Source: Pseudomonadota bacterium (GTDB taxonomy: Bacteria > Pseudomonadota > Alphaproteobacteria > Rhodobacterales > Rhodobacteraceae). From it: a stretch of DNA of 33,022 nucleotides. Where the stretch lies: the NCBI GenBank assembly GCA_038532975.1, contig JBCAZO010000001.1, positions 1 to 33,022 on the forward strand. Direction: 5' to 3'. The position numbers and the translations under genes were made by a program. The notes below the pieces were generated by a model. The model saw nothing but the letters and a program-made list of their open reading frames with translations. It was not told the DNA's origin and searched no databases. The number at the start of each line of letters is the position of its first letter. Within the stretch, counting starts at the first letter, position 1. Below are positions 28,915 to 33,022 of this stretch, piece after piece.

Positions 28915-29508
28915 TCAGTCGACAACCACCTCATCCGAAGCGGCGATCGGAAAAAACGACCCATCTGACCAAAGCCCAAAGGCTCCGTTATGATGCGCGC
29001 CGATTTCGACAAGCCGGTAGAACGATTTGCGATCAATCAGCGCCTCAAGCCCAGCCCGCACATGAACATATGGCGACGGCTCGCCTGTCACTGGTTCAAT
29101 TTCGCAGCGTATCGGCGTATCAGCACCCGCCAGCACTTTGTCTCCGACATTGGTCTCAAACACCAAAACCTGACCCTCGTCAGCACCGGCAACTTCGAAA
29201 TCCACCGCCACAAAGGGCGCGTCATCCACAGTGATACCCACCTTTTCCACCGGTGTAACCAGAAAATACTTGCCATCTTCACGCCGCAAAATCGTGGAAA
29301 ACAAGCGCACAAGCCCAGGACGAGTAATCGGCGAGCCGAGGTAAAACCACGTGCCATCCCGCGCAATGCGCATATCGAGATCGCCGCAAAATGGCGGGTT
29401 CCACAGATGCACAGGCGGAAGACCTTTGCTCGCCGCTGCACGTGCAGCCTCGGCCAAACGCTCTGCTGACGGTGTCGTGATGGAATTCTTGCTCATTGCT
29501 TTTGCCAT
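28915..29508 (-). CDS. DUF1285-family protein
   Basis: PPVHLWNPPFCGDLDMRIARDGTWFYLGSPI.R..LVRLFS.IL, LVTPVEKVGI.VDDAPF, FETNVGD and PYVHVR.GLEALI.R. Start is 29508 or 29496. Confidence 0.88.
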   Translation of the reverse strand: MAKAMSKNSITTPSAERLAEAARAAASKGLPPVHLWNPPFCGDLDMRIARDGTWFYLGSPITRPGLVRLFSTILRREDGKYFLVTPVEKVGITVDDAPFVAVDFEVAGADEGQVLVFETNVGDKVLAGADTPIRCEIEPVTGEPSPYVHVRAGLEALIDRKSFYRLVEIGAHHNGAFGLWSDGSFFPIAASDEVVVD

Positions 29509-29565
29509 TTTGAATAGAGACGATACATTCTATCTAAGTGATATATACCCAAACGGAGACTTTCC

Positions 29566-30573
29566 ATGACCGACGATGCGGACCTTCTCAAGGGGATCGA
29601 AGCCCTGGAAGACAAGCTCGCCCAGGCGCGCGCCTCGATCACCCGCAGGTTCATAGGACAGGAACGTGTTGTGGATCTGGCGCTTTCGGCGCTTCTATGC
29701 GGCGGTCACGGACTTCTGGTCGGCCTGCCTGGCCTTGGTAAAACCCGGCTTGTTGAGACGCTCAGCACGGTGATGGGGCTCAATTCCAACCGCATTCAGT
29801 TCACACCAGACCTGATGCCAGCCGATATTCTTGGCTCAGAAGTGCTAGAAACCGGGGCTGACGGAACCCGCGCCTTCAAATTCATCCCCGGTCCGATCTT
29901 TTGCCAGCTTCTGATGGCCGATGAGATCAATCGCGCCAGCCCCAGGACTCAATCGGCCCTGCTGCAAGCCATGCAGGAACGTAAAGTGTCTGTCGCAGGG
30001 GAAGACCGCCCACTTTCGCCACCGTTTCACGTGCTGGCAACCCAAAACCCCATTGAACAGGAAGGCACCTACCCTCTGCCCGAAGCTCAGCTCGACCGTT
30101 TTCTGGTGCAAATCGACGTGCCCTACCCGGACCGCGAGACTGAACGCGAGATCATTCTTGCCACCACTGGCGTCACAGAAGATGAATCGCACGAAGTGTT
30201 CACGCCAAAAGAACTGATCGATGCACAAGATTTGCTGCGCCGGATGCCGGTGGGAGAAGCCGTGATGGAACAGATCATCGATCTCGTCCGCGCCTTCCGG
30301 CCTGAAGATCCTGCATCATCTGAAAAAATCCGGGAAACCGTCGCTTGGGGTCCCGGACCACGTGCAGCGCAAGCCATGATGCTGACTGTACGGGCGCGTG
30401 CCATGCTGCATGGCCGCCTTGCACCCGATGTCGATGACGTCGCCGCCATGTCGCAGCCGGTTCTCACTCACCGCATGGCGCTTAACTTTGCCGCCCGCGC
30501 GCGTGGCGAAGAGTTGAACGCCATCATCGCTGAAACCGTCACCGCCTTCACTCGATCAGAGGCCGCTGCGTGA
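29566..30573 (+). CDS. MoxR-family AAA+ ATPase
   Basis: GHGLLVGLPGLGKT, RIQFTPDLMPADI, ADEINRASPRTQSALL, ATQNPIEQEGTYPLPEAQLDRF and WGPGPRA. GGAG RBS. Confidence 0.96.
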   Translation: MTDDADLLKGIEALEDKLAQARASITRRFIGQERVVDLALSALLCGGHGLLVGLPGLGKTRLVETLSTVMGLNSNRIQFTPDLMPADILGSEVLETGADGTRAFKFIPGPIFCQLLMADEINRASPRTQSALLQAMQERKVSVAGEDRPLSPPFHVLATQNPIEQEGTYPLPEAQLDRFLVQIDVPYPDRETEREIILATTGVTEDESHEVFTPKELIDAQDLLRRMPVGEAVMEQIIDLVRAFRPEDPASSEKIRETVAWGPGPRAAQAMMLTVRARAMLHGRLAPDVDDVAAMSQPVLTHRMALNFAARARGEELNAIIAETVTAFTRSEAAA

Positions 30574-31448
30574 GCCCAATCGCGCCCCTCCGCGCCCAGG
30601 CCGAAGCCGAAGCCGCCAGATTTCCCGCGCTTCTTGCGCGGGCCGAGCATCTGGCTGGAACGGTCCTCTTGGGTGAACACGGGCGCAGAAGGTCGGGCAT
30701 GGGGGATGATTTCTGGCAATACCGCCCCGTACAAGCCGGAGATGAGCTGCGCCATATCGACTGGCGACGCTCGGCCAAGTCGGACGGGCAATTCCTGCGC
30801 CAACGCGAATGGCAAATCGCGCAAAGCGTGACGCTCTGGGTCGACAGTGCCGCCTCAATGCGGTTTTCCTCAGACGAATCCTTACCCGCAAAGTCAGACC
30901 GCGCGCGTCTTTTCGCCCTTGCCATTGCTATACTTCTGAACCGGGGTGGGGAACGCGTTGGCCTGTCGGGCGCAAACTTGCCGCCCAAACGCGGCGAAGC
31001 ACAGGTCGAACGTATCTCGATAGCGCTGATGAATGAGGACAGCGCCGACTACGGCGCCCCTGAAACCACCGGAATGCTCTCTCACGGACGGGGTGTCTTT
31101 CTATCGGATTTTCTGGGTGATCTGGAGCCGGTCAAAAAGGCCCTGACAAGTGCCGCTGACCGCGGTGTGCGCGGTGTGCTCTACCAGATCCTAGACCCTG
31201 CGGAAGAAAGCTTTCCCTATCGCGGCCGCACGATCTTTGAGAGCGTCGGCGGCACACTCGCACATGAGACTCTCAAAGCGTCTGAATTACGGGATCGCTA
31301 CTTAGCGCGCCTCGCCACCCGCAAAGATGAGTTGCAGGCCCTTTGCACGGTAACCGGCTGGCAATACGGCTTACATCACACGTCTCAAAACGCTCAGTCC
31401 GCTGTCCTATGGCTCTACAACGCCATCGACGGGGAGCATCACAGATGA
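30570..31448 (+). CDS. DUF58 (vWA-like) protein
   Basis: GEHGRRRSG.G.DFWQYR....GD...IDWRRSA, WVDSAASM and FLSDF. GTGA overlap with moxR. Confidence 0.93.
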   Translation: MSPIAPLRAQAEAEAARFPALLARAEHLAGTVLLGEHGRRRSGMGDDFWQYRPVQAGDELRHIDWRRSAKSDGQFLRQREWQIAQSVTLWVDSAASMRFSSDESLPAKSDRARLFALAIAILLNRGGERVGLSGANLPPKRGEAQVERISIALMNEDSADYGAPETTGMLSHGRGVFLSDFLGDLEPVKKALTSAADRGVRGVLYQILDPAEESFPYRGRTIFESVGGTLAHETLKASELRDRYLARLATRKDELQALCTVTGWQYGLHHTSQNAQSAVLWLYNAIDGEHHR

Positions 31449-33022
31449 CCCTGGGCGCAATCGGCTTCACCACACCTTGGCTTCTGGCCCCGCTGCTGGC
31501 GCTGCCCATTTTGTGGATCATTCTGCGCGCTGTTCCCCCAGCGCCAATCCGGCGACGCTTTCCCGGTGTCGCGCTGCTCTTGGGGCTCAAAGACGACGAC
31601 ACCGTCTCGGATCGCACACCCTGGTGGTTGCTCTTGTTGCGCATGCTGGCTGTGGCCGCCGCCATCGTGGCCCTTGCGGGCCCCATCCTGAACCCGCGTC
31701 AGACCGCAGAAGCGCAAAATTCCGGGCCGCTTCTTATCGTGCTGGACGCAAGCTGGGCGAGCGCGCGCGACTGGCCTGCAAAATCTGAGTTGCTCGATGC
31801 AATGCTCGCAGAAGCCGGGCGCGAAGCGCGTCCGGTTGGCATGATGCGCCTCTCGGATGCAGAGCCACCTGTCTTTCAGGCGGCAGAAGCTTGGCGCAGC
31901 CGGTTGTCTGGCATGGCTCCCTCCCCTTGGGCCGCCTCCGAAACCTCAATGATAGACACCGCCAGCATGTTAGGTGACGAAAACTTTGAGACCCGATGGC
32001 TCTCAGATGGCCTTGATCGCACCGGCCGGGAAACCTTGTTACAAGCGCTCGAGGACCGAGGACCCGTCACCGTCTATGAAAGCCCCGTGCCCATCATCGC
32101 GCTGAAACCCGCCATCGTCGAAGATGGGGATATCCGCATCACAGGAGTGCGCGCTGTTGCGGGCACCCCGCGTGCGGTGCAGGTCGAAGCTCATGGGCGC
32201 GACCCGTCCGGTGTCTCGCGCATCCTGGCAGACCTGACCCTGCAATTCCAACCCGGTGACCTTGAGGCCATCGGCCTGCTCTCACTGCCCTCCGAACTGC
32301 GCGCGCGTCTCACACGCTTCGAAATTGCCGGCCAACGTCACGCTGGGGCTGTGACCCTTACAGACGACAGCCTAAAACGTCGTGAGGTCGCCCTCATCGC
32401 CGGGCGTGAAGACCGCGAAGGGCTGGAGCTTCTCTCTCCCCTTCACTATTTGGAACAAGCGCTGGAACCCACTGCTGACATCCTTGAAGGCAGCTTGCTC
32501 GACATCTTGCCAGCCAATCCAGATGTCGTCGTTCTGGCGGATGTCGCCACACTCTCTGTCGCCGAAGAAGAAGCGCTTCTTGACTGGGCCAACGAAGGTG
32601 GCATGCTCTTGCGCTTTGCTGGCCCCCGTCTTGCAGCATCCGACGTCTCGCGCAGCGCCGAAAGCCCACTGCTCCCGGTGCGCCTGCGCGCGGGGGGCCG
32701 CACGGTTGGCGGCGCCATGAGCTGGGGCGAACCCAAGCAATTGGCCCCGTTCGCCGAGAACAGCCCTTTCTTTGGCCTCACGCCCTCGCCAGACATCACC
32801 GTCTCGGCTCAGGTCATGGCCCAGCCTGACCCGACCTTGGCAGAGCGCGTCATCGCCCAGCTTTCTGACGGCACACCGCTTGTCACCCGCAAGCGCATCG
32901 GCGCGGGTCAGGTCGTGCTCTTCCACATCACCGCCAATGCGGAGTGGTCCACATTGCCGCTTTCTGGCGTGTTTGTGCAGATGCTCGAACGCCTTGCTGT
33001 CTCCTCGACGCTGGCCCTTCCG
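31445..33022 (+). CDS. BatA-N double-transmembrane membrane protein (DUF4159-type cluster member), 3'-truncated by the window edge
   Basis: Own translation from ATG 31445 (ATGA overlap): MTLGAIGFTTPWLLAPLLALPILWIILRAVPPAPIRRRFPG...TPWWLLLLR...LAGP. The same frame gives EWSTLPLSGVFVQMLERL at the window end. Absent from the ORF track, consistent with no stop being reached. Confidence 0.88.
   Translation, partial: MTLGAIGFTTPWLLAPLLALPILWIILRAVPPAPIRRRFPGVALLLGLKDDDTVSDRTPWWLLLLRMLAVAAAIVALAGPILNPRQTAEAQNSGPLLIVLDASWASARDWPAKSELLDAMLAEAGREARPVGMMRLSDAEPPVFQAAEAWRSRLSGMAPSPWAASETSMIDTASMLGDENFETRWLSDGLDRTGRETLLQALEDRGPVTVYESPVPIIALKPAIVEDGDIRITGVRAVAGTPRAVQVEAHGRDPSGVSRILADLTLQFQPGDLEAIGLLSLPSELRARLTRFEIAGQRHAGAVTLTDDSLKRREVALIAGREDREGLELLSPLHYLEQALEPTADILEGSLLDILPANPDVVVLADVATLSVAEEEALLDWANEGGMLLRFAGPRLAASDVSRSAESPLLPVRLRAGGRTVGGAMSWGEPKQLAPFAENSPFFGLTPSPDITVSAQVMAQPDPTLAERVIAQLSDGTPLVTRKRIGAGQVVLFHITANAEWSTLPLSGVFVQMLERLAVSSTLALP

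Overview
A gene-dense chromosomal segment from an alphaproteobacterium. The gene set and protein styles point to Rhodobacterales/Roseobacter group; this is inferred, as no rRNA is present. It holds about 33 protein genes. Housekeeping genes: accA, an ada/ogt-type methyltransferase, nth, a PfkB kinase, a HIT protein, polA, the oxyR-katG pair and a MoxR-DUF58-BatA cluster cut by the right edge. It also has a taurine uptake/transamination module (tpa divergent from tauABC) and an Lrp/LysE pair. Accessory-looking singletons are two PhyH-type dioxygenases, a Hint (intein-like) domain protein, an orphan pstB paralog, a bacterial voltage-gated Na+ channel and two lipoproteins. I see no tRNA/rRNA, CRISPR array, transposase, integrase or phage gene. 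The most unusual observations are (1) a TauC permease whose periplasmic loop carries what looks like a circularly permuted cadherin-like/Ig adhesin repeat, (2) a BacNav channel with an 11-residue CxxC insertion in its turret, (3) a Hint-domain gene between two DNA-repair genes, (4) a solitary pstB, and (5) small ORFs and structured intergenic elements missed by the ORF track. All family calls come from motif recognition by eye; no database searches were run.
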